A stretch of 64,000 nt of DNA from Octopus bimaculoides. Lineage: Eukaryota. The stretch covers positions 8,905,764 through 8,969,763 of the forward strand of contig NC_068992.1 in the NCBI RefSeq assembly GCF_001194135.2. Reading direction: 5' to 3'. Below, one piece after another: positions 37,001 through 50,454 of the stretch. Each line of letters starts with the position of its first letter. Position 1 is the first letter of the stretch. The notes beneath the pieces were generated by a model. That model was not told the origin of the DNA and did not search any database. It saw only the letters and a list, made by a program, of their open reading frames with translations. Both the position numbers and the translations under genes were made by a program.

Positions 37001-40000
37001 GAGACAGCCAGAATTAGAGTAGGAGTTTTAAATGACAATTTATATAATTAGCCAACATAGAAGAGAAGAAATTTTTCTGCAGTTGCTGCTATTAAAACAA
37101 CTGTTTTGTTTGAACATTTGTTTCAATATATATATATATATTTTCTGAAAAGTAGATTTTAATGATTTAAATTTAAAGCACTGTCATGCATCTGCGTTTT
37201 TTCTTTCTTTTTTTTTTTTTTTTGGTGTAAGTGGGTGTTTTCCCTGTCAAATCAATAAATGTATGATTTCAGTTGTTATTGAGCTCGTAATTAATTGCAA
37301 TTTCTGTGTTTGCTGTTTAGCCCAAGGCGAATGCTGACTGAGCAAACTATGATTAAAGCCATACAAACTCTGATCATGTTTGACAGGAAACGAATAAACA
37401 AAGACATTCCTATTAGGATCATCCTGTCTTTATTTGCAGACAGTGAATTTTGGACTTCTTTATCCAATGAATATCATTTCTCTAACATTAAGGTGTGATT
37501 TGACAATTAAACTGGGATATCATGTATCCCAGTTTACATTATCTAATGCAGTTGTTGTCAAACATACAAATATCAGCCCACCACCATCCAACAAAAGAAA
37601 TATGGGTGAAATTTTGAAGTATTCTCCTCTCTTTATGAATTAGTAGACAATGAGATGTGTTTTGAGGGTGAGATAACAGCTATTTCTAGCAAATCATGCA
37701 ACCCATGTAGAAGCTCCTTCACTTGATTGCAAAAGTAGTTGTTGTTTAGCCCCAGGACAACTGTCCTGATCAAACAGACTTAGGATGACAGGTATTGCAG
37801 CCATTTCTGTTTTTATGTTTTTCCACACATCAATTGTTTTCCTGAAATGAGCTGGACAGATTGAGAGAATCTAACAGGGCTCCAATACCTGTTCTGGCAA
37901 TGGTTTCCACAGCTGGATGCTTTTCTTGATGCCAACCACTTTATAGAGTGTACTGGGTGCCTTTTTTAATGACACTGGCACTAGTGAGGTAACTAAGTAA
38001 CTTGCAAGATAAAGAAAAAGAGCCTCAAACTGAATAGGGTTGTATTAGAGAAAAAGGTGGCTTAATGCTAGGTTATGAGAAGCTAAAGTATGGTAGAGGA
38101 ACAGGCAAATGTGTCTTGCTATAGAGGAGATACATGGCTACCCCACTTTATATAAAGGTAGGTAGGAGTAGCCATTATGGAAACAATGGTAGTGATGGTG
38201 AGGTATCAGAGTATACTATCAAGATTCAAGAAAGGAGAGTATCAGAGAGAATATGGTCAAAGAATTTGGAAGGGTGGGTAGAGGAGTCCATTCGAATGTA
38301 TGAGGAGAGTAACGGACGGTTAGAGATGGGTATAGAGATAAATTTAGTGAATAGAATAAGGGTGGAGGTGTTGTTAAGGATGAATATCTGTATGGAGGGG
38401 AGGAGGTGAAAGAATAGGACAGGATCAAGAGAGAGAAGGCAATAAGTAGGAGTACAAGAAGGATGGAGAGGAGAAGTCCAATAAACTTCTAAGAAGATGA
38501 AAAAATATGGAGATAATGTGCAGGGGAGGAGGAGGAGAGGAGAACAAGAGTAGGAGAGATGGGTCCCTTTTTTGGAGACAGTAACCTGAGGGAGATTTGG
38601 TAGCCACTTCCAATAGATTGAGTAATCATACAGAGGCTATTAATAGTGGTTTCAGTGAAATTCACATTTTGTGGTCAATGTGAGCTGAAAAGTCATCTCA
38701 CTAATTGTTTTGATGATGAACATTAGTTGATTAATGCAAATCACATAAATGTCAATTACATATTAACACAGAGCATGACCAATCCAATCTACCTTGGAAA
38801 GTAAGCTTAACATTGTGAATGTGCAGTAATAATCCAATTAACCCTTTTGAGATGCCAACTTGCCTCAAACTGTTTCTGATTCTTACACAAATTGTCTCAT
38901 CTTAAAGCATTCATCTCCAACTTAAATCTATCATAGATTTTATTAAAGAATCTTGTTATAAAGCAATTACATCATAGAAAAACCATTTTAGTCATCTGAA
39001 AACACACAAAAGTTGTCAAATTCACTTTTTATTCATTTCTTGCTTGTCACATTATCATCATCTTAATGCACATTTTTTCCCTGCTTGCATGCATCAGATG
39101 AAGTTTACTGAGGCAGATTTTCAGTGGTTGGATGCCTTTCCTGTCACCAACCCTCATCTGTTTGTAAGTAAGGTAATATTTCCCCATGGCCAGACATGTT
39201 TTCAGAGAAGACTGGAAATGTCATCGTTTATATGACAATAACACTCATTTACAATTATCATGTGATATCAAGACAAGGTGACACAATCTTGCAGACACTC
39301 AAGCACATATATACATACACACATGCATACACACACACGCGCACACACAAACAGGCTTCTTTCCATTTCTGTCAACCAAATTTGCACATAAAGCTTTGGC
39401 CAGACTATGGCTACAGTAGAAAAAACTTACACAAGGTACCATGCATAGACTGAACTTGAAACTGCATGGTTGGGAAACAAGCTTCTAAACCATACAGTCA
39501 CACACACACACACAATGGGCTTCTAAATAGTCCACACCAACCAAATTTATCTCAAACACTTTGGTGAAATTGGAATTATTGAAAGAAGATATTTGCTCAA
39601 AATATTGCACAATGACATTGAACTTAGAATTGCTGTATAGTAAAGCATATTTCTCAACCAACCAGCCATGCTTGTGTCCAGTATGCAATATGTATGTGAA
39701 ATTTATATAAAGCAATTATTTATTATTTTTTTTTAAACTGAATATTTTTGCAAGTACTTCTGGTCCATATATTATGTTTGGAATTGATGAAGAAGTGTGT
39801 TTGATCTATGTAGATTTGGACATAATAAAAAAAATATATGACATTTCAAAGAAAACTTATTGGTTTCATTGTAGCAAAAAAAAAAAAAAAAATTAACATC
39901 AAAGACTGAATTGAGGAGGCATGTAAGTGGCAAATCTATATCATATATAAATGTTTCTTTAAAGATGAAGTTAGTCCATAGATCGGAGTAAAAAAAGAAT

Positions 40001-40879
40001 ATCAAGTAACAAGCTTTGTTAATTTCAACTTCTCAACAAGCCAAGAGAGATGGTAGTTCAGCAAAAACAAAAACAACAAAAGAAAAAAAAGAAACCAACT
40101 GAATGTATACTAGTCAATTAGCATAGATTTCTTGCATAACTTCTGATACAAACTGGAAAATTCTTTGCTTGAGTGAATGGTTTTCTTTGTCTATTTGTAT
40201 ATTAATTTGATTCTGTTGAGTATCTAACACAGTTTTTCTCATTGTCTTTTGATATTCTTTTGTATCAAGTAAACACATGATAAATGAGGGACAGTTATTG
40301 GAGAGTTAAGATAATATTCTCCTAACCCATATGTACAAACTTTGCTGCAGTTATCATGTTGTACAATTTATGACTGCTTGTTTCAGTGTGCATGGTTGAA
40401 AATAGGTTCAACAATTTTTTTAGTGCAGTGAAATAGGATGTAATAAATAGACAATAAACCCCTGCCACATCCAGACATCTTGAGATCTCTGATTCTTAAA
40501 ATACAATTTCTTGACAAAATTTCCACATATTCTGCAACACTAATTCCTATCACTACAATATAATGTAAAACCAAAGTTGACTTTTCTGTATTTATTCATA
40601 CCCAAATCATTTGATTTTTGTCTGTTCATATCACTATACAAAAATAAACATAATTTAAAATATATTTGTGACTAAATTTGTATGAAAATATTGAAAACAT
40701 TCAAAAGGAATACATTACCAAAAAAAAAAAAAAAGGTGTTAGGTGGAATAATAAAACTAAAAGAAAACAAATAAATGATATTGGAAAAGAAAGTGAGAGT
40801 AACGTTGTAAGATAAATGGTGTTAAATGCTCAGTTTGTTGCATAAAAATAGGTGTAATAGGCAACACAATAAATCTTAC

Positions 40880-41028
40880 CACATATTTTTCACCATTATT
40901 TTCTACAGACTGATAATCTGGTATGGAAATAGGAAGTGAACGTCGTTCTGAATAATCAATGAGAGATGGTCCTGAAGAATCATCACTTGGTTCCAATCTC
41001 TCAGCCACACGCTCAGGTACAGATATCA
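40880..41028 (-). CDS. SNX27: SNX27 exon, PDZ-PX linker and PX start (VISVPERVAERLEPSDDSSGPSLIDYSERRSLPISIPDYQSVENNGEKYV), 149 nt
   Basis: Acceptor ccattttag| and donor GTG|GTAAG. Lies in ORF 40757..41089(-). Similar to human VLSVPPHEADNLDPSDDS...NGEKFV. Confidence 0.95.
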
Positions 41029-41210
41029 CTAAAATGGCAATAAATAAATCAATCAATAAAACAAAACAAAATAATAATCCAAATGTCATAAAAGAAGTAA
41101 GAAAAAAAAAACTCTCAATACAAATTTTGAAATGCTTTCAAAAACATGATAAATTTTACAAAAAATCAAAGCACATAAATAGAATTAATAAAAGCTGCAA
41201 ATATCAATGC

Positions 41211-41277
41211 AAATTTTAAAATGGCTCCAGAAAAAGATAAATTTTAAAATGGCTCCAGAAAAAGATAAATTTTAAAA
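41211..41277. repeat. 28-bp tandem repeat, ~2.4 copies (AAATTTTAAAATGGCTCCAGAAAAAGAT)
   Basis: Exact copies at 41211-41238 and 41239-41266. Confidence 0.95.
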
Positions 41278-42077
41278 CTTATGTCATTTTTGATTTCTAT
41301 AGACATATAGATTAACTGGTTTTACACCATTTTATTTCCCTAAGAAAAATATAGATAGAGTTTTATTTCAATGTCTTTCATTAGCTGTAATAAGACCGGT
41401 TCGTGTACAGCAAACTACTATCATTATTACATGCCATCCAACAGAGAAGAAATATGGCTGTCATCATCATGTTTGCCTGGATCTGGTGGGGTTTGTTGAG
41501 GCAAATTTTCAACAGCTGGATGCCCTTCCAGTTGCATTCTTCGCCTGTTTCCATTTCCAAGGAAGGTAATATTTCCCACAGCCAGACATATTTTTCATGG
41601 TAACAAATAACCTCACTTGTATGAAGATGATGCCCAGTCACAACTATCAAGTAATGGCTAGACAATGGTATGCACAAACACATACACATATATACGTATG
41701 TACACTAGCGTGTGTGTGTGTGTGTGTGTGTAGTTTATATGTTGATGAGTGCCAGACAAATGAGAATTGATGCTCAACAGACAAATGAGAAAGAATGTTC
41801 TTTTGCCAAAATGTTAAGTTATGGGGACATAAGCAAACCAACGCTGGTTGTCAGGTAACAGTGGTAAAGAACAAACTCAAACACACACACTCACATATAT
41901 GTATGTATATCTGTATATGATAGGCTTTGACACAGTTTCTGGTCTACCAAATTCCCTGACAAGGCACTGATTGGCACAGGGCTACAGTATAAGACACTTG
42001 AAATAGAAGTTGAAACTACATGGTTACAAAGCAAACCCTGCATCCTTGCAGTTATGTCTACACCTTCAAGACCATAT

Positions 42078-42138
<61 letters not shown>

Positions 42139-43123
42139 TATAACAATGCATTATTTATGTTTAGGATTGATGGATAGATAGATGGATGGATGGATAAATT
42201 GGCAGATAGCTCAGTTGACAGACAGAGAAAGAGATAGACAGTTAGATATAGAGACAGACATAGATAAACGGATAGATAGGATAAACAGAGTGCTGGAGAA
42301 AGAGCTCATGGTTGAAGCAGTATCATTGAATAGTTAACCAAGACAAATAGGTGTCTAACTACAGAGATCCATTTATATACATTACAAAAAATAGAGATGC
42401 ATAGGCCCACTTTCTGTGTGTCTGTGTGTCACACACCTGCAGATAGACTACCACACCTCTTTCTTTCTCTCTTCCCCTGTCATTTTAATTCTGTCACTCT
42501 CACTTGTAATTTGTGGTTACATTACCTCCTAGTGCGTCACAGAAAATATATAAATACATGCCGGAAATTATTATAAGTGATATATGTAAATGGCTTCACC
42601 ATCATCAACATTTTATGTCTGCTTCTCCATGAACAGTTCTTGTGAGACAGCATTTTACAATCAGATGCTTGTCGTGCCACCAATCTTTTCAATCTGTCAT
42701 TATGACACAGACAGACATCTTCATTGTCATCATCATCATCATCATCATCACCATCACTATTTAATGCCCACTTGCATGGGTCAAATGGAACTTGAAGAGA
42801 GTTTTTCTATGGCTGGATGTTCTTCCTGTTGCCAGCTAATCTCTTTCCATGCAAGTTTATATTTCCCACGATTTCCATGGAAGACTGGAAACTAATAAAA
42901 TCACTTGTATGATGCTTATTTACAACCATCATATGATGTCAAAATAAGGGTTACACAAACAAACAAACACACACACACACACATGTAAATAGGAGATAAT
43001 TTTGTAAGCAAACTTATAAGTACCGAGTAAGTAAGTATTCTGCAGAAAATAAGGAAATTTTCAAAAGCAGAATGGCTGTGAAAACAGTTTAGAAAATTGA
43101 ACACTGGATAGTTTTGTTGGTAG

Positions 43124-43839
43124 AACTACAGATGTGTACCCCATCGACTTTGTTGCTTCATAACTTCCAGAAGAATGGATACTTTTTGACAAAATTATCA
43201 ACAAATACCGCTCAAATACTGTGGATTCTGGGTATATAGGGATTTATGGAAAAGAATTTTTCCTAAGGGGTGGGGAGAGGAGTATTGGAAAATTCACACA
43301 ATCTGGCTTTTTTCCCTCATAACTTTCAGGAAAATGGATTTCTTTCAGTGAAATTTTATGCAAATACCTTTCAATCAGCATAGATTACGATTATAAAGAT
43401 GTTCCCTGTCCACATCATTTTGAAGGTTGTAGTTAAAAAAAAAAAGGAAAAAATCCCCACCAAAACAGAGTAGTTCCAACTTATTTGGTCTTCCTGGTCC
43501 AAAACTCTGGTCTTCGAAACTCCTCTCCCCACCCCCTCCGAAAACATTTTCCCCACAAATCTCTTTACCCTTGTAATCTATGCTGTTTGAAAGGTATTTG
43601 TATAAAATTTCATTGAAAGATATCGATTTTCCTGTAAGTTATGAAGGGAAATTAGTCGGATCATGTGAATTTTCCAAAACTCCTCTCCTTACCCCCTCAA
43701 TAAAATTCTTTCTCGTAAATCCCTATATACTCTGAATCCATATCACCTGAGTAGTATTTGTTGAAAATTTCGTGAGAAAGTATCCATTTTTCTGGAAGTT
43801 ATGAAGCAACAGAGTTGGTGGGAGTACCCGTCTGTAGTT
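43124..43839. repeat. Foldback element: ~260-bp inverted arms with ~160-bp internal subrepeats
   Basis: 43151 TGTTGCTTCATAACTTCCAGAA pairs with TTCTGGAAGTTATGAAGCAACA ending 43811. Alignment continues to about 43388/43573. Confidence 0.85.
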
Positions 43840-46800
43840 ATGCCAGTTCTGCTTGCATGGTTGTGCATGCATGCCTGTCTGTAATTTAATACAGCCAAAC
43901 TGGCACATAATGGGAAAACACTCTGAAAGTAAAAATACCTCTGAAATGTAAATACGAATAGAATAAAACAAGTTTCGTGTAAATCAGACCACGGATTCCC
44001 AAGTTATGCAGATTTTTTGGATACCTTCATAAATGGCCAAAACAGTACATAATGGGAAAATACTCTGAAAGTAACATAATGCTGAAATGGGAAAATTGTT
44101 TCCATTAATTTTATGTATACATTATATAACAATTCCTTGTAGTCTAGTATTTATATATATAAAAGGAGGTCAACACAGGAGTTTACAGTAAAATAACTGT
44201 TCTCTCAAATACTTACAATGGATATTTTGTTATTATTAGAACAGACTAGAAAACATTCTTTGCAAATTTTTCAGTTTGTCCTAGACCTTGAAACAATAGA
44301 TCCTTTATTTCTGGTGAAATAACTGTAAAGATCAAGAAATCATTTCTTGTTTATGATCATCCAGTTTTATTATATACTGAAGCAGTGTACTTTGGACTAC
44401 AGTATTCATTGTCTTTATTTTTGAGATGATTGGTTGCTGTTTCAAGCAGGTCAAGTAACCTCATAGAGGCTCCCTATTACTTTTAAATGGAGGCTGGACA
44501 GTTTTCTTCAAGGAATACCAGATAAGCCACCCATACCTGGATACAACTCACTCAACAAGAACTCACTACTTGAATGGACCATAAACAAAACTTGACTTAA
44601 AAAAGGATTTAGATAATCCTATCAGATGGTGCCATTAAGTTAGACATGGCTTGAACCAATCTTTGGTTAAAACATATGTAAGTTTATCTAAGTTTATGAA
44701 TTAGAGCAGATTACAAATATCAGATACCCCAAGGAAAAGATTTAGAGAACTAAAGCAAAGACACTCTCACTCAATCCTAAAAGACTGAGACCCTACATAG
44801 TCACTCAACTTGCCAAAGAGAGCAACTCAATCTCCCCTCAATAATGAGCTAACATCTTAGAAAGGAAATATACACAAAATAACAAGATCCTTGTATTGTG
44901 CCCAGGAAAATGACAATGTTTCACAGAACACAAGCATGGCCTCAGTCCAATGATTGAAACAAGTAAACAATAATAATCTAGAACGTCTTCCATCACAGGT
45001 CTGCTGAAGCAGACCTGACCTGGGGTTGAACTACAACAGTTTTTCTGTTTCTTTACCAGAATATAAAGAAGGCACTGTAAGCGACAGATGTTTCTCAATT
45101 AAATGGTGTTAATGAACTAATACTTTCACTCTATATAAAAACACAAACTAAATTATGTATTTGTCAAAATTACAGTATTATATCGGTGTGATACTCATGC
45201 ATTAAAATCAGAGAAGGCGAAACGTATAATCTTTACAACATTATCATCGCTAGTATTGACATCACAACATCAGCATTTACTGATGCTCAATTAGTACTAC
45301 ATATTCAACTGGTTGTTTAACCTTTTCATGGTCGTATTTCTAATGAAATATACTGCCTGTGTGTTTCAATTAATTTCAAATATGTTCAACAATTTGGTTG
45401 TTTTTAGTAAAAATAACTTTTACATTTATTTTTATATCAAGCTGGTTCTTTGGAACATAACAAATGGTTGTTATGTAAAATTATTGCATATGGTTTTAAT
45501 TTCAACATGAGGTTTTTAAAACAGGCACTTTTCTATCCAAAGAACCAGCAGTGGTCTTGTGAAGGTTGGTATTGAAAGAGTTTAAACAGAATTCACTGTG
45601 ACATTAATGAAATGGCCAAGCCTATCAGAAATAACATTCTTCTAATTATGTTCTTGGTTATCTCACACACAGAGAAAACATGTAAACAGCCATTCTTCAA
45701 ATATTTCATTAATAGGTATGCATTTCAAAGCTTAAAGCTGAGCACAAAGCTGTCAATATCTGAAAACATGTCTCTTTGTGGTACTGCATTTCATTTCTAA
45801 TTGTAACCTTCAAAACTAGAACACTAGAAACAATTCTTTCGACTGCAGACACAAGGCCTAAAATTTTGAGGGAAGGAGTAGTCAATTACATCAATTCCAG
45901 TGCACAACAGTACTTTTATTGATTCTGAAAGGATGAAAGGCAAAGTCGACCTTGGGGGAATTTGAACACAGCTGGAAGCAATGTCATTAAGCATTTTGTT
46001 TGACATGTTAATGATTCTGTCAGATCACTGCCTTGAGAACACTAGAAATAATAAAAATAAACCTAATATTGCACTCTTCTGGTAAACTTTTCTCCTTACT
46101 TATAAACAATATATATAATGAGTCTAATGAGTAATCATCCCACTGGCTACTTTTAATGAAATGGTTACTGTTAGTGGAATTATTATTATTTACGACACAC
46201 AAAATTAATTTATCTCAGAGCACCAGGAGCAATCACAACAAGTAATCAATAACTATCTATTCTTGAAATAATCAGTTATTATTATTATTATTACTGGCAA
46301 TAAATTGACCAACTACTTCGTTCAAATTCCACTAAGATCATCTTTGGAGACAGCAAACACATCATTGTGGTTGAGATTATCAACTAATCCACTTCCCTCA
46401 AAACTACAAACTATGCACCTAAATTAATATTAAAATTGTTATCAGTTATCATCTACCAAATCCATTCACAAGGCTTTGGTCAGCCCAGGATATCACAGAG
46501 TGGGACAGAATCCCAATCCATTTACCCAAGATGTCACAGAGTGGGACAGAATCCAGGACCACATGGATGGAAAACAAGCTTCTAAACCATAAAGCCATGC
46601 CAAGGATTGCAATTGCTTCCATGCAATAATATTATTAATATGTAAAGAATAAGAATTTATACAAGATTTTAATTTTGCCAATTTCTTCCTATAACAGCAG
46701 AGTTTTTGAAGAAATATTTTAAGGATAGGTATTTTGGAGCTAAGGTCATCATGTTTATCACAACAATTAATAATTTATAAAAAGAAGTGCAACATATTTC

Positions 46801-46957
46801 CTGCTCCAGAAAATAACTTAAAATAAGCATATGTTTTATATTTTGTAATTTACTGCTATTTTTCACCAATATTATACAGAAATATCACTGAAATAAGTCT
46901 CTTCTTCAACAGCTATCTTTTAGGATAATTGCTTCAAACTAAACATCAAATAATTTA

Positions 46958-47044
<87 letters not shown>

Positions 47045-47624
47045 TCCTCTTTGGAGACAGCAAACACATTTTCCAATATTTAACATCAAATAATGTTTGA
47101 TATTGGAAATTTAATTCATAAAATTATTTCCAATAATTTTATAATCATCCAGCTTATTACAGAGGTGACCTTCACTACTTGACAGAAGATAGGTCAATAC
47201 AACAGCAATTAAAACTGAGATAAGTCACTAAAAATATTTCATTAGTTGAAAACATAGGCTATTCTGGATGATTTAATTCTGAATAATATTTAAAAAACAT
47301 ACATAAAATAGAAATTATATAATTTATACCCAATGTTTTAAGCTTTTGATGATGCTTCATAATTTTTCATCTCCTTTCTTCAGAAAACTACCTGATAGGA
47401 GATCTCTCGGTTAATATAAAGAAGCAAGTTTACCACAATCTTAAGAAGAAACTATATTATTATAACAAGATGTTTTACTAATTTACCTACTCTAATAATT
47501 TAAAGTCTATAGTGGTATAACAGATGAAAATTTAATTACATTTGATTAAGATAATTCTTTTTTCTTTTTACATTTTAATTTGCAAAGTGAAAATACATAA
47601 ATGTAATAAAATAAACATTCTTAC

Positions 47625-47707
47625 CTGTCAGAGTAAGGTTATCTCTACCTGACTTGATTAGGTCCACAACCTGTCGATGTGTAGCACCTTCTACATTAAC
47701 ACCATTT
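47625..47707 (-). CDS. SNX27: SNX27 exon, PDZ C-terminal half ([27 protein letters not shown]), 83 nt
   Basis: Acceptor cttacatag| and donor G|GTAAG. Matches human [18 protein letters not shown]. Phase 2 in, phase 1 out. Confidence 0.95.
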
Positions 47708-48370
47708 CTATGTAAGAAGAAATTAAAAAAAAAGAACAAATGTCATTTCAATCCATTACATTAATATCATCATGATTATTATTATTATCATTATTTTTGA
47801 TGAGTTGAAGAAAACTATTTTTATTCAACAAAACTTAACTATAGCTAAGGAATACTTTTTATGAAAGATAGACATTATTACTAGGACTGTGGTACTGACA
47901 AAGCCAAAAAATAAAAACAACACTTCAGCAAACTAACAGCACTAAAAAACAGAAGAGTAAATAATGATTTCTAACAGACACAAAGCCACAAAATTTCAAA
48001 ACAGGTAGCAATCAATTAGGTTTCCAGTATTTATTTGTGTTTGTGTGTACCCTTTTCTTGACATCATGTGGTGGTTGTACACGAGCATCATCTTCATCAT
48101 ACAAGTGAGGTTGTCCATTTCCGGTTTTCTGTAATGGGTGTGTGCGACCATGAGAAAATATTACTTTGCTTGGAAAGAGGTGAAGGTAAGCAACAAGAAG
48201 GGATCTGGTCATAGAAAATTTACCTCAACAAATTCCGTTTGACCCATGGAAAAGTGGACGTCAAATAATAATGGCGATAATAATGCGATAGCATCATCAA
48301 CCGAAAGAGGCAATGGAAACATTGTTGCCTAGGTTTGATTGGAAGATAAACTGCAATGTGATGATGATCA

Positions 48371-48773
48371 GTGGAGGCGCAATGGCCCAGTATTTAGGGC
48401 AGCGGACTCACGGTCATAGGATCGCGGCTTCGATTCCCAGACCGAGCGTTGTGAGTGTTTATTGAGCGAAAACACCTAAAGCGCCACGAGGCTCCGGCAG
48501 GGGATGGTGGCGAACCCTGTTGTACTCTTTCACCACAACTATCTCTCACTCTTACTTCCTGTTTCTGTTGTGCCTGTAATTCAAAGGGGCCAGCCTTGTC
48601 ACGCTCTGTGTCACACTGAATATCCCCGAGAACTACGTTAAGGGTACACGTGTATGTGGAGTGCTCAGCCACTTGCACGTTTAATTTCACGAGCAGGCTG
48701 TTCCGTTGATCGTATCAACTGGAACCCTCGACGTCGTAAGCGACGGAGTGCCAACAACAACAACAACAACAAC
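48371..48773 (+). mobile_element. Full-length tRNA-derived SINE with (CAA)n tail and 11-bp TSD GATGATGATCA
   Basis: Head GGAGGCGCAATGGCCCAGT (A box) ... CTTCGATTCC (B box). CpG-rich and little decayed. TSD at 48360-48370 and 48774-48784. Confidence 0.9.
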
Positions 48774-49988
48774 GATGATGATCATTTTGTTAGATACCAC
48801 CACCACTTCCTCCTCCTCTTCCCTATCAAAGCCCAGTAGTTGATTGATAATTTGATTTAACAAATCTGGAGAGATGAAAAGGAAAATCAACTGAGGTAGC
48901 ATTTGAATCCAGACTGAAAAAAATAACTACTACAACTACTAATGAAGATGATGGTGATAACGAGTTATGCACAAGGCCAGTAATTTTAGTGGGATGGAGT
49001 TAATTGATGATTTCTAACAGAAACAAAGCCACAAAACTTCAAGACAGGTATCAATTACATTTCCAGTACTACTACTTGACAAGTACATTATTTTATCAAA
49101 CCCCGCCACCCACCAGGGATGGAAGGCTGATTTGAACTCAGATGGTAAAGAGCCAAAAGAAATACTGCAAGGCATTTCATTCAATAAGCTAATGATTTTT
49201 ATCAATTCAGAGGAATGTGTATGAAATCATAATCAGGAAAAGAAACACAAGATTTTAGTACGAGATAATGTATGTTGGTAGTAATTAGCTGCTTAGGCAA
49301 CCAGATAAGCTATCTTAGAATAAGCACAACTTTGAACAGGTGTTACCTGACAAAAATACTGGGCATAGTACGGACAAATAATTCACAAATGTAATTATGT
49401 GTGAAGGAAGTAGTCTGTTGACAAGATTTTGAGCAAACTGCAAAAGAGCAAAAACAATTTTCTATTCAATGTTTTAAAAACCACTTAAGTCATTTCGCTG
49501 CAATAAATTAGACCGGAACCCTTGTCTGCCCCATCAGTTATTGGTTTTTTATTTTTTATTTGTTTCAGTCATTGGACTACGACCATGCTGGGGCACCGCA
49601 TTGACTGGTTTCTTCAAACAAATCAATCCCAGTATTCAAGTCTGCTGTTTATTCTATTGGTCTCTTTTGATGAGGTTAAAGTATGACAGGACAAACAGAG
49701 CCATCTTGTTATAGAAAAGCTACATGGCTCACCTACATTATATTAGAGTGGGTGGAAGAAGCTGGGAAGAAGATGGTGGTGATGGTGTGCCAGAGGATGC
49801 CCTCAAGATGCAAGGAGGTGAGCAAAAAGAGGTTACAGAGTGTGGATCAGGAGTGGAAAGGAGGGGATATGGGAAGGGAGTTATAAGTGATGTACAAGGA
49901 TGGAGGTGAGGCTTGATGGAAAATATGAATACAGAGAAAAGTAAGTGATATTAGAAGTGGTCCAGGGATGATGGATCAAGATATAGGG

Positions 49989-50454
49989 CAGAGATTCTCA
50001 ACCATTTTTTATTTATGAACCGCATCACCATTCGATGGTCAAAAACTAGTTTTATGGAATGTTATTAATTAATGTTTACACATGTTAATTTCTTATTTCT
50101 TTACTACCCACAAGGGGCTAAACATAGAGGAGACAAACAAAGGGATTAAGTCGATTACATCGACCCCAAAAGGATGAAAGGCAAAGTCGACCTCGGCGGA
50201 AATTGAACTCAGAACGTAACCGCAGACGAAATACTGCTAAGCATTTTGCCTGGCATGCTAACGTTTCTGCCAGTTCGCCACCTTAATTTCTATAGATTGA
50301 TCTATGTAAAATGTTTGAGAAAGAAACCTAGCTGTTTCATGCTATACATACCAATACATACATCTAAAGCAAAATTTTTTTCAGGGGCCCCAATTTACTA
50401 TTTTGTTGTGTGGACCCACAAAATTCTTATGTGGACCCTGGTTGAGAACCAATA
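49989..50454. mobile_element. hAT/Charlie-type MITE interrupted by a SINE (50085-50283)
   Basis: Ends CAGAGATTCTCAACC ... GGTTGAGAACCAATA resemble the CAGTGGTTCTCAACC TIR type. The 8-bp flanks are only partly matched (atataggg / atgtacag). Confidence 0.55.
50085..50283 (-). mobile_element. tRNA-derived SINE family 2 (central GACTTTGCCTTTCATCCTTT motif, possibly Deu/Nin-like domain)
   Basis: Head on minus GGTGGCGAACTGGCAGAAACGTTAGC ... GTTCTGAGTTCAATTTCC. Degenerate copies at about 14380-14580, 36110-36305, 45850-46030 and 57545-57710. The domain name is from memory and unverified. Confidence 0.8.

Larger units (their letters stand above)
7133..47707 (-). other. SNX27: SNX27 gene body (sorting nexin-27 orthologue), 5'-incomplete in this window
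   Basis: Spliced translation gives PDZ C-terminal half, PX domain and FERM-like domain, colinear with human SNX27 as recalled. All introns are GT-AG and phases match. No exon for the N-terminal PDZ half (GFNVRGQ motif) found in 47708-64000. Confidence 0.97.

Noticed and set aside
48371-48450. tRNA-like A and B boxes (also in the other SINE heads)
   Set aside because: They continue into SINE bodies with tails and TSDs and are multicopy, so they are not tRNA genes.
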